Below are positions 27,561 to 38,785 of a stretch of DNA of 64,000 nucleotides, piece after piece. Below the pieces are notes generated by a model. That model was not told the DNA's origin, searched no databases, and worked only from the letters and a program-made list of their open reading frames with translations. How positions within the stretch are numbered: position 1 is the stretch's first letter; each line of letters starts with the position of its first letter. A program made the translations under genes and the position numbers. Source of the stretch: Camelus ferus (taxonomy: Eukaryota); assembly GCF_009834535.1 (NCBI RefSeq), contig NC_045696.1, forward strand, positions 64,978,001-65,042,000, read 5' to 3'.

Positions 27561-29151
27561 CCAGAGTCACAGGGATTAATTGCTTACCTACCACTAAGGG
27601 CCATGGGGACTAAAGGAGGTGACACGTTATTTTTCATATCATAGTGGACCTGGGTATAATTCAAGGCTTAAACAGCTCCTTCATTTCCCAGGTCATATTA
27701 AATCCCGCATAGTAAGCAGTATACTGGAACAGAGTGTTATTTAAACTGTAATCTGTCTTTGACTGTAGGTTACATCCCCATTCATATATTGGTGGACCCT
27801 ATAACTGGGGTAGCTCCCAGGCAGTCTATCCAACTTGTTGAGTCTTAATCCCAGTGACATATATTATCCAGTGTCACCACCCACCTGGTGGGAGCTCAGA
27901 GCTCCCTGCATAACCAGGACTAATGAGTCAAAGCTCTAGCTTCCCCACTAGTTTTCTAAATGGCTTCAGGAACTCAGTTTAAGACTTTCAGCCCAATGAT
28001 TCTATGACTCTGTGAAAACCAATGTATTACAAAAGAATCTGTCTAGAGTTGAATGTTTTCTGAGTTATTGGGAACTTGAGATTTGGAGTTTTGTTCTTTT
28101 CATTCCCTAACTATATTGTTCTGCCACGAGAGTCATGATAAACATTACTCTCTCCCTGTGGGATGGTAGACAAAAGGCAGTTCTGCAGTGTGACCTGATT
28201 CTCAAAAATCCAAATAGATCAATAAATACATTTTGTTCTTCCTTTTTTTTTTAACCTTTCCTCCTGCAGCTAGCTAGAGACTCGTATCTTTGGGAAGCCA
28301 AATTGCAAAGCTAATGCTGTTTTGTTCTTTTTTTTAATTTATGGTGTAACGATTGTTTGAAGGACAGGGAGGGGACAACCTCAAGCGAAGGATATTTTAG
28401 CAAAGATCTCAAAGTGTTTGAATAGCCAGATGTCCATTTAGCAATGTTAATTGATCAGCCATGATGGGCAAGGTGCCATGTAGTCATCAAGGTATCAAAG
28501 GTAAAAGGCAAGTACTTTGTAATTCTCTCCATCAGGAGCTTTCCAGGTTAGAAAGGATGCTGGAGTTTGGGGTATTGATTACTAATGCCTCTTTTTCCAG
28601 GTTCTCACTAGTAGAAAACTGAGGGCCACAGTGCAGAGGGGGAACCAAATGATCAGTTTTATTAGCCGTGGCGAGCGCCTAGTAGTTGGAACAGCTGCAA
28701 AGCAGAATTCAGTGTTGTCCTGAGATAAAAGTGTGCGGCTGTTTCTGGGTCTCTGAGCGTAGACCTTAGAACTAGAGCCTACCTGTGAGCAGAGCCGTGC
28801 CAGTAAAGTGGTCCCAAGTGTTCTTAGCCACTCAGCTACACGGAGGTTCTCTGGCAGAGCAGGGATGACGGAAAGAATGTCAAGCCCCTACTTGTGCCTC
28901 AGGTGAGAGATCTAGACTCTGTTTCCAAGGTGTTGACCACATGCAGGTGGGTGGGGAGGGAGGAGCCTAAGTCTCCATGAAGCAAGCAGTTAAATAGAAT
29001 TGTGCTTTTTCCCTCTTTGAACCTAAATTGCCCTTACCACATGGGCAGAAATTAAACTCTATATGTCTCTGTTATATGTCTCTGTACTTCCCTTCCACAG
29101 CCCTATCTCATATAGTACCTTAAGATAAATCTTCAATAGTCATTAACTTTT

Positions 29152-29295
29152 TTTAATTTACTTTTTTAAAGTATGTCTGTTTACAATGCTACATTAATTT
29201 CTGCTATACAGCATAATGATTCATTTATACATTTTTTAATACTCTTTTTCATTATAGGCACTTACAAGGTATTGAATATAGTCCCCTGTGCTATG
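29152..29295 (-). mobile_element. Short L1 3' tail with perfect 15-bp TSD
   Basis: Antisense tail 'ttacaatg..atacagcataatgattca..ctttttcattatagg..attgaatatagtcccctgtgctat'; TSD tagtcattaactttt (29137-29151 and 29296-29310). Confidence 0.9.
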
Positions 29296-29689
29296 TAGTC
29301 ATTAACTTTTGATTAATACCTTCTGTGAGTTCGAAATCAGGAGGATTTTATCCTTACAATTTAAAAAATTTGAATAATTTAAAATTTAAATGTAATTTTA
29401 CGAATTTTATTTGTTTAATATGTTATTAACTCATATAATTAGTGTAGTTATATGAAAGGTAAACATATTTCATTCTCATGCCCAGCAAAATAACTTACCA
29501 CTGACAATAATTTAACATTTTAGAACTTCCATGCTGGATAGTGTACAGTTTATGATAAACTTTTCTACATAGACTAATCCTAGCCTGAGAAACATTAGTT
29601 CCTATTTCAGCACTTTTTTTCTCTAGTATCTTCATCTTACCAATAAATGTAAAATAACCCTAAGGAGACTTTGCTGGGAAAAAGCATCA

Positions 29690-30030
29690 TGTGATTGAAA
29701 GGTCACTTGTTTTACAGTCAGGAACCTTGCTCTGTTCCCAGTTTAGCTTCTAATTCATACTGGAATTTTGGGAAATCCTTTCATTCTCATTCAGCTAATG
29801 CTTATGGAATGCTAATTCTATATACATCACTGTTCTAGACCCTGGAGATACTGTAGTGAGCAAAGTGTACAAATATTTCTGCTTTTATGGGGTATAAATT
29901 CCAGTTTCCCCTTTTGGGCTTTGGTATATTTCCCTATATAAAAAAAAAAACTCCTTTCCTGATAAAATGGGAGGATAGGATCTGAAATTGTCTCAGGATC
30001 CTTCCATGTTTAACGTGCCAGAATATGATT
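29690..30030. mobile_element. MIR-like element split by an antisense L2 3' fragment (about 29785-29905)
   Basis: MIR head 'gtcaggaacct..ttgggaaatc', then L2-like 'cactgttctagaccctggagatactgtagtgagcaaa', then MIR tail 'tctcaggatcc..tatgattc'. Confidence 0.5.
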
Positions 30031-31006
30031 CCAATAGATAATTCTTGCAGTAGTTAGGGCTGGAAGTTATGGTTACAAAATGGGAAATATTGTGCTTTTC
30101 TAAGATAACAATTTAGTTGCATGTAAACCTTGGTGACTATATGGGCAAGTATCTTCCCATCACTACCAGCAAGGATGCCGGTCCCCAGGTAGGGATTTTT
30201 GTGTCCAAGCGAGGCAAACTTTGGTTCAGAGCTTTCAATCTGGCTTCTTATCGATTTGCTAATATAGAAAATGATTCCTGCCTCCTAAGGGAGGACCACT
30301 AAAAGTGGCAAGATGAGTGATGTTAACCTACATTAATGTGGCAGCAAAGTTTGGGATCATCTGCAAACTCTCTTTAACCTCATTAGGGAATTTAATGAAC
30401 ACTAGGCAGCAGTCATCAATCTTCAGACTCTCATGAGTATATGTTACTAATTTGCATTATTCTCTGGAACCATCTTACTAACTTTCTGTGGCCTTTACAT
30501 GAGAAATAAGACTGAACCGCAGTGTTCCATTGTAAGCTCAAAAAAAATACTATTTCAATGACAACCTGACCTAGCTCATGGTGAAAGGAAATACCCAGTG
30601 AATCAAGGCCAGACCTGACTGAGAACAACCCTGGAATCAATAAACAAGTGAATTACTTATTCATGTTTAATTCTAAGTACACCATAGCTTATAATCACTG
30701 CCCCAAACATGTGCCCATATCACAGATAATATTGTAAATAATATAATATAAACATAATATAATGTGTTAAGTGAAATAATCATCCCAAGTACCTGGTGGT
30801 ATGAGAACACATTGTTTAGTTGTGAATACATCTCCTTAGTAAAGATGTCAGAGTGGAAATAATACGTAAACTAATTAATGAGACATGTTGAGGCTCTTAG
30901 TGTTCTGTGAAAAGGAAGAAGGGCATTTCAGGCAGAAGGAACAGCACATATAAATGAAACAAAAATACAAAAGTGATATGGAACAGCCAGTGAAAAGTGA
31001 ACTGCT

Positions 31007-33264
31007 GACTTCTGGTTTCTGGTTCTTTATGTAGAGAGCTTAGAAGTCATCACTCCCTTCCTCTCAACAAGGAAAAAAAGTTGAACAAATTGAAAATCAA
31101 CAGCTCTTCTTAGATCTACCTGAGAATTGAGGTCACAGGGTAAACCGGCAGCTGAAAACTGGAAAGACAGAAAAACCCAGAGAGTCAGATCTTATTGGGA
31201 GCAGAAGCCACAGCTGGATCCTGGTAGGAATATTTGAAGAGTAACTGACTGATCACTGGAGACTGAGCTGGGACTAGCTTAAGAAATAAAAACTCCTGGG
31301 GACTCAGCTTTGTATGTGTGCCAGGGAGAATTTCATGAGTTTTAGCTTCAGGAACCCCGCCACGTTCTCAGGGTGAAGATTAGAGGGAAAAGTCCTCTTG
31401 CGTTTAGCAGAGGAGGGGGAAGCACTCATTTTAAAACACTCCCAGAGCACTTGTTCTTACTGAGAGAGGACTGACCTCAAGGGACACTATTTAACATGAG
31501 CCTAACCATCATGGGTTTCACCAGACCCTAACCAAGAGGGAAGGGAAATGCCTAACTCTGGTTCCCTCTAGCCTTTCCAAGTCATGTAAGACTAAAGTGG
31601 GGGAGAAGCTGAGAAGCACTTGTGAAGGTTGTAATAGCCCAGGGGCACAGGCCCGCTAAAGGACTGAGAGATAATCACAGGAGTGAAATGTTTTCCTCCC
31701 ACACCCCTCACTTCTACCACTTACCGCTATATCTACAGGGCTTCTGTAGTATTACAGCTGTAGAGAAGTGAAAGCTCATGCTCTATTTAAGAAGGAGTCT
31801 CTGGGGAAAACCAAAGACAACGGGGGTGGGGGGGACAAAAACAATAGAGGCAGTTTTAGCCTCTGACATTTGCAGCCAGGGCAAACAGTAAACACTGTCT
31901 AACTCTTAGCCAAATAAATGTAAGACCTTACTTTAAAGTTCTGCTCCTTTTACCTGCCACATCATGTCTGGCTTTTGAGAAAAGTTAAAAGGCATGCTAA
32001 AAGGTAAAAAACACAGATAGACAAATCAAGCATCAGAAACAGACTCAGATATGGCAGAGATTTTGGAATTATGAGGCTAGAATTTTAACATAAATATGAT
32101 TAATATGATTAGGACTCTAATAGAAAAAGTGGACATCATATAAGAACAGATGGGTAATGTAAGCAGAAAATCTAAGAAAAAAATCAAGAAGAAATGCTAG
32201 AAATCAAGAACACTGACAGAAGTGAGGACTGCCTTTGATGAGCTCAGTAGTAGACTGGACAGGGCCAAGGAAAGAATCAAAGGGCTTGACTATATGCTAA
32301 TAGCAATTCCTCAAAGTGGAAAACAAAGAGAAAAAAAACGAACAAGAGTACAATGTCCAAGAACTGTGGGACAAATACAAATCATGTAACATATATGTAA
32401 TGAGAATGCCACTTAGAGAAGGTAGAAAGAATGAAGCAGAAGAAATACGTGAAGCAATGATATCTGAGAATTTCCCAAAATTAATGATAGGCACCTAACC
32501 ACGGACCCAGACGTTCAGAGAACACAAAGCAAGAAAATGCTAAAAAGTCTACACCAAGACATATCATATTCAAACTGCAGAAAATCAAAGAAAATGAGAT
32601 TATCATGAAAGAATCCAGAGGAGGGTGGAGAAACACCTTACCCATAGAGTAACAAGTAAAATAATTCCATCAGAGTGATCTTCAGAAAACATACAAGCAA
32701 GAAGGAAGTGGAGTAAGATATTTAAAGTGTTTAAGAAAAAAAAAAGCTTCCAACTTGGAATTCTGTATCCAGCAAAACTATCTTTCAAAATTGAAGGAGA
32801 AATAGAGATTTTTCTCAGACAAACAAATTGAGAAAATTTATTGCCAATAGACCTGCCTTGCAAGAAATACTACAATAAAATTTTCAGAGAGAAGGAAAAT
32901 AATAAAGGTGAGAAATTTGAATCTACATAAATAAAAGAAGGGTATTAGAGAAGGAATAAATGAAGGTAAAATAAAATCTTTTATTTTTCTTATTCTTAAT
33001 GTATCTGTTCAAATTAATAATAGCAACAAAGTATTTCATGAGCTTATGGATATGTGAAATGAATGACTGAAGTGTTATAAAGGGCTGGAAGGGAGGAGTT
33101 GGTAATACTCTGTTGTAAGATACTTGCACTACCTGTGAAGCAGAATAGCATTGTTTGAGAGTGGACTTGGAGAGTTGTAACTGTATATGGCAAACTCTAG
33201 GGCAACTTCTAATTTTTTTTAAAAAAAGAAATATGATTGATAGGCTACGAAAGGAGAGAAAATG
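31007..33264 (+). mobile_element. Old L1 5' portion (L1MD-like 5'UTR, decayed ORF1, inter-ORF); ORF2 absent
   Basis: 5'UTR start 'gacttctggtttc..gagcttagaagtcatcactcc'. Track ORF 32316-32498 (QELWDKYKSCNIYV..ENFPKL) matches the L1 ORF1p RRM region. Also 'acaccaagacatatcatattcaaactgc', 'gaattctgtatccagcaaaactatc', 'agacctgccttgcaagaaat'. Confidence 0.9.
32051..32900 (+). pseudogene. Decayed L1 ORF1p coding sequence (stops and frameshifts)
   Basis: Coiled-coil-like region from about 32051, RRM-like peptide at 32316-32498, CTD-like 'ILYPAKLSFKIEGEI' at about 32760-32805. Confidence 0.8.
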
Positions 33265-33829
33265 CACTGCTATGGAGCATCTGTATTTGACAAAACAGAC
33301 TGACCGAGAACTACTTAGAAATCACAGTAAAAATAGGAATATACTCATTTACATGTTTATTGTTTAATTTGGGGGCATGGCAAATGTAGCTTCTTCTTTA
33401 AAGGAAATTTTCAAACAGTGTCTCATAGGGGAGTATTGAAGGATAGTACATAACAGAAAAGAATCCACAACAAAAAGTAACTATTAGTATATATTATGTT
33501 TGACTCTTTATAACAATGAATGGGGATATGTTTTATATTTGAGTCTAGTAATTTTGTACTTTTCTTTTTCCTTGAGATTTTGTTTATTCATTCATTCATT
33601 TTTTTTTAATATGTGTTTAACATCTACTACGTCCCAGATATTCATTTAGATTTTAGGGATAAATCTGAGAAAAAAATGAAGCTTACATTCTAGTGAATTA
33701 ATTGAATAATTATTCATAAATATTTAGCAGTGATAGGTTCAAGAATAAGTGTTGAAAATATACTTTCATAATAATTTAAAATATGCATTTTATTAATTAA
33801 CCCTTTGTGATAAGTACCACAAATCACTT

Positions 33830-34028
33830 TTTTTAAATCGAAGTCTAATCAGTTGCAATGTGTCAGTTTCTGGTATACAGCATAATGTCCCAGTCATGCA
33901 TATGTATATACATGTATTAATTTTCATATTCTTTTTCATTAAAGGTTATTATAAGATATTGACTATAGTTCCCTGTGCTATCCGGAAGAAATTTGTTTTT
34001 TATCTGTTTTTATATATAGTGGTTAGCA
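33830..34028 (-). mobile_element. Younger L1 3'UTR tail, about 200 bp, with TSD
   Basis: Reverse complement closely resembles 11053-11254; perfect 11-bp TSD acaaatcactt (33819-33829 and 34029-34039). Confidence 0.92.
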
Positions 34029-34577
34029 ACAAATCACTTATTAATGGTCTTAAGGCCAATGAAGAGGAGATAGTAAATAAGTACAGGTTTGCTCTGTGTG
34101 TCATGCCATCCAGATGAGTTGAGACTGTTTTGTTTCTAAGGTATACTGTTATTGGAGATTCATGAGGGTAGCTCTGTATGAAATCTCCAAGCAGTCATTC
34201 CCTTACCAGCATCTGCAGTGGCGTTCGGAGGCCATTACACAAAGTGTGGGGACTGGAAACACTGAAGCCTTTCCACCCCAAGATTGCGTAAGGACTGTAG
34301 GGAATAGATTTGGAAGGGCTGAAGCCACATATTTGTTGTTTCAGGTGAGCCCTGGGTGTATTTCACCCAGAGGACTACCCCGATCCCTCCACTCTAGTCT
34401 TGTGAGGCCTCTGAAGCCTGTTTTCCCCGTGTGTTGTTAATTGCCCAGGCTGAGGTCACCGTGCAAGCATGGGGACCTCTGTGAAGTCGGTACATGGATG
34501 CCGTATTTGATCGAGGGAATCTCAGAGGTGTTGCTAAATGACAGTTTATCACCCAACCATGATATCTCCACACCACA

Positions 34578-35028
34578 CGTAGTGGGTTGAATAGTGTCCC
34601 CCAAGTTCATGTGCCCCTTGGACCTCAGAATATGACCTATTTGGAAATAGGCTCTTGGTAGAGCTAATTCTTTAAGAATCTCAAGATGCTATCATACTTA
34701 ATTTAGAGTGGATCCTAAATCCAGCATCTGCTATCCTTTGAAGGAAAGGAGAGGATGCAGGGACATGTGGGGAATTAGGCCATAAGAAGACAGGCAGACA
34801 ATGGAGTGAGCAGTTATGAGTCTAAGAACGCCAAGGATTGCTGGGAATACCCCAGATTAGCAAAAGGCAAGAAAGAATTCTTCCCTAAGACCTCCGGAAA
34901 GAACATGGCTTTTCTGATATATTGATTTCAGATTTCGAGCCTGCAGCCCTGTGAGAGAATGAATTTCCGTTGTTTTAAGTCACCCGGTTTGTGGTAATTT
35001 GTCACAGCGGTCCTGGGAAACTAATACA
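34578..35028 (+). mobile_element. ERVL-MaLR solo LTR (MLT1B/C-like)
   Basis: Starts 'cgtagtgggttgaatagtgtcccc', contains 'tgacctatttggaaatagg', 'gccaaggattgc', 'tgtgagagaatgaatttc..gttttaag', ends 'ggaaactaataca'; ccaca lies on both sides (34573-34577, 35030-35034). Confidence 0.9.
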
Positions 35029-35384
35029 CCCACACGACTGAATGTGAGAAACTATAGAAAATACAAGGAACACATGCAATCGCATTCTGAGACCTCATAA
35101 TTCTATAAATCTAAAGTTGAAAAAAACGAAAACACCCTTCTCTTAAAATCAGGATCTTCCCAAATCCTCTTTGGAGTGAAACAGAATCCAAAAAATAAGT
35201 AAAACTTCACAAAAGGCATACATTTTTATACTTTTAAGACAAGCCTTGAGTGAAATTCATCTGATGTATTGAAGCATAAACAATAAGCACTTCGAAGCAT
35301 GAAACAAATGTTTTGACTAAAAATTAGACGATTTCAGCCTATATTATTATTTGCATACTTTTGGGGTTGCTTTATTCTGCCACT

Positions 35385-35560
35385 GTCAACAGTCAGTAGG
35401 GTCAGATCCTAGCTCATCTACTCATTAACTGATTAACTTTTCTCCTTCTGTTTTTTCAGATGGGTGGATAATAGTTTCTAGTTATAGGATTGTTGTGAGG
35501 ATTCAATAAATCAATAAATGAAAAGCATTCAGAGCAGCGCGTGGCATATAGTAAGTTCAT
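35385..35560 (+). mobile_element. MIR SINE
   Basis: 'ataggattgttgtgaggattcaataa..tgaaaagcattcagagcagcgcgtggcatatagtaag'. Confidence 0.75.
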
Positions 35561-36269
35561 AAAACATGTTCGATATCACACGTTTCTGCTCGGCTTCTTA
35601 AGATTTGTTTTGGAGAGGCAGTAGCAGCCAAAATATTGACTCTAAAATAAGGGAAGTCTTAACACGACAGAAAATGAAATTCTGTGCAAGGATATTCTCT
35701 AATCATGGATACTATCATTAAAATATCAGGAGGGAAATTAAAATACTGAGTTGCTTTTTAATCTTACAACTAGCAAGTAAAAAACCTAATACCATGTTTC
35801 AAATTTTAAACTCTGAATTCTTGTTGCATTTTTTATTTCATGCTAAACTATTTCAAGGAAATAAATGTGTTATCTGCTCCATTAAAAATTTGTTCAGAAA
35901 AAAAAAAACCTCATTACATTTGCGAAGTAGAATTCACAAAACAAGCTGCCAAAACAGCTGTGCAGTTCTAAAAATAATAATATTGAGTCTAAGTATAACC
36001 TCATCATACTCTCTTAAAAAATTACATTTAGGCTTCTTCGATCTTTGAAGTTGTTTTACATTTTGGTCTGGTTGACATATTATAAAAATATTTTTTGATT
36101 GCATGTTATGCTAAGATAGTTTTCAAAAGATCTCATAGGTAAATGTAAATTTTAGAAGTGTTTCATCAGCCCTCTCAGGCAGATGCTGAGCTAAATTATG
36201 TACATAGTTTAATATGCATTTACCCGCCCACCACACACATATTTTCCAGAGCAGGAAATCAAATCCACA

Positions 36270-36390
36270 ACTGGAAGGGACCCTTGGAGACGTCCCAGTC
36301 CATTCCCCTAACTTAGTAGGTGTGGAAACTCAAGCCCAGAGAAGGGAAGTTATTTACTACACACCACACAGCAAAGTTGTGACAGACCTG
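36270..36390 (-). mobile_element. MIR SINE remnant
   Basis: 'ggaagggaccctt', 'ggaaactcaagcccagagaagggaagt..cacacagc'. Confidence 0.6.
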
Positions 36391-36432
36391 CTGTGCTCTC
36401 TTCTTTCCTTTTTATCTTTTGCTTTATTCTTT

Positions 36433-36724
36433 TCCTTTTAATTGAAGTATAATCAGTTACAATGTGTCAATTTCTGGTGTACTACATAATGTCCCAGTCA
36501 TGCATATATATACCTATATTCGTTTTCATATTCTTTTTCATTAAAGGTTGTTGAAAGATATTGAATATAGTTCCCTGTGCTATGCAGAAGAAATTTGTTT
36601 TTTAATCTATTTTTATATATAGTGGTTAACCTTTGCAAATGTCAGACTCCCAAATTTATCCCTTCCCACCCTCTTTCCCCCAGTAATCATGAAATTGTTT
36701 ACTATGTCTGCGAGCCTGTTACTG
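36433..36724 (-). mobile_element. Younger L1 3'UTR tail, about 290 bp
   Basis: Same subfamily as the 11053 and 33830 copies but extends through the G-rich tract; near-perfect TSD ttttgctt(t)tattcttt (36417-36432 and 36725-36741). Confidence 0.9.
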
Positions 36725-36849
36725 TTTTGCTTTTATTCTTTATGATACAGTTGAGCCCTTGCTAATTGTTAAAGGGGAAAGCCCATTCAGGGTGGCTGGT
36801 TCAGATTAGACTTTGCTGCTTGCTGTCTAGGTGACGTGCCCTGTGCTCC

Positions 36850-37170
36850 GGACTGTGGGCTCTGGAGCCAGGCTGGTTGGGTTTGATTACCAGCATATCC
36901 CTTGCTGGCTGGGGACATCAGTCATTTTGGATATCAGTTTTTCTCATCTATAAAGTGAGGACTATAATCAGGACTATCTCATAGTGTTGACACGACAATT
37001 AAATGAAGTCATTATATAAAGTACTTAGAAGAGTGTCCAGCATGTGGTCATTCAATTAAAGTGAGCTATTAATAGTCTTACAGGATCTCCCTTAGACTCA
37101 GTTTTCTCAACTATAAAATGAGAGGCACATTTACTTCAGAGTTACTGCCAGGATTAAATTAGATTCTCCA
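36850..37170 (+). mobile_element. Two tandem MIR SINE remnants
   Basis: 'gggctctggagccaggctg..gggtttga', 'cagtttttctcatctataaagtgagg', and a second core 'ctcagttttctcaactataaaatgag..ggattaaattaga'. Confidence 0.75.
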
Positions 37171-38617
37171 TGGGAATGTAATAGAGATATATGCAAACTC
37201 ACATTCAACAAGCATGATTTATAAGATGAAATCAAAATAGAATTTGATTCTTTTTTCACTGTCCTTTAAAAATTTATACGCTGGGGAGATTTTTTTCCCA
37301 TATACCTGGATCAAACTCATCACTTTTCTTTAAGTTGTATAATACTTATTGGTTTAATAAATTTAAATTTCCCAGTCCAATATAATATAAGCACTTCCTT
37401 ATTCAAATATTATTTATCCCCCACTCCTGCCCTGAGTCGGGCCCTAACTGGGGCATGAGTGCAGGAGGCTACCTAACTTGCGTTCACCTCCATGGCCCAC
37501 TCTCTAGCCACTGTGCGTGATCCCTTCAGGCTAGTTAGAGAATGGAGAGGGAGAAGCAGGAGGGGAGGCAGGGAGTTCTTCCTTAATTGGTGCTGCGGCA
37601 AGGAGGGGTTTGGGCGTGACTCTTACTCTTCTGTGATTTTTTAAATGGATTTTTCAAAAAGACTACCCCTCCTGGGCTCTCCAACAGCAATTCTGTCCAG
37701 TCAGTGTTGGTTTCTAATCTTCAAACCACCATTTTCCTGCCAGCTCCAACGTTTTTATGTTAGAGACCCATTACCCACCCATCCTAACCTCTTGGATTGG
37801 AATTAGAATGGTTGTAGCTGGCTTTTTCTTCCAAGTGGCCCACAGTGGTCTATGAGGACCCCGGTCTCCTCTGCCTTGACCAATGCTGGGAACGCAGGTC
37901 AGTCAAAATACACCACTCAGCCAGCATGTCTCCCTTGTTCTCTGGCTTTTCCAGGGAGGAGGGGTGGATTTTGATGTTGGTATGCTGTGGTCCCCAGTAT
38001 GGCTGGAGCATCAAGGTCTCTGAAGGGTCCTACCAAAGACCTTTCTTTAGGTTTGAGATGAAGAAATTATCAAGCCTCAAAATTGAATGGATCCACACCC
38101 TCCAACTTTCTATATCTTTCTGGTGGAATTTAAAGCAGTATAACCAATTTTCACATTACTTATATTTTAACTTCCATATTTTTCAGCATCATACCTTGAA
38201 ATTTATCTCGCTCCTATCCTGATGCCTTAATTAGAATTTGCAGTTTTAAAAATTCTGTCATCTAACAATGCCTATTCAATCAGTATCAATTGGGTAATTT
38301 TCAGTTTTCCAAGAACTGGTTAAGGTAGATGTCTGGAATACAGTCTGGAATAATCTGAAGTGTTTTATCACAAGATCAGACTGCTGAGGTGGAAATGCGT
38401 GTGCCTGGGGTGGGCAGGGGGAGAACTGTGACAGTCAGATCTCCATTAAAAGGCTGGGCAGCCGGCGGGTTCCACTGCTCTGAACACATGCAAGGACGGA
38501 AGAAGTTCAAAACCTCACGGAAACAGTGGCAACTGCTGCAGCGCTGTCAGCGCTTCTGTGAGCAACTCTTCCTCACTCAGTTACAGTCAGTGACAGGTTT
38601 TCCTCTCTTGAATAAAA

Positions 38618-38785
38618 GGAATGTAGGTTTTAAGTACCCTCATCAAACACACACACAAATAGTAACTATGTGAGGAGATGGTATGTTAATTACCTTGACT
38701 GTAGTAATCATTTCACTATGTACGTGTATATCAAATCATCATGTTGTATACATTAAATATATATAATTTTTATTTTTAAAAAATG
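38618..38785 (+). mobile_element. L1MA-type 3' end
   Basis: 'gtaactatgtgaggagatggtatgttaatta.cttga.tgtagtaatcatttcac..tatatcaaa.catcatgttgta' matches L1MA 3' termini. Confidence 0.85.

Noticed and set aside
27860..27890. 'DTG' tripeptide on the minus strand hinting at a retroviral aspartic protease
   Set aside because: Immediately followed by a stop and lacking the hydrophobic context; consistent with chance.
33860..34117. Similar peptides in ORFs at 10940, 33860, 36577, 43108 and 49962 ('VPCAI..FYLFLYI') suggesting a small gene family
   Set aside because: All are antisense translations of the same L1 3'UTR repeat.
37845..38222. Longest track ORF (125 aa)
   Set aside because: Non-ATG start, no recognisable domain, no clear splice context; length is within chance expectation for 64 kb in six frames.
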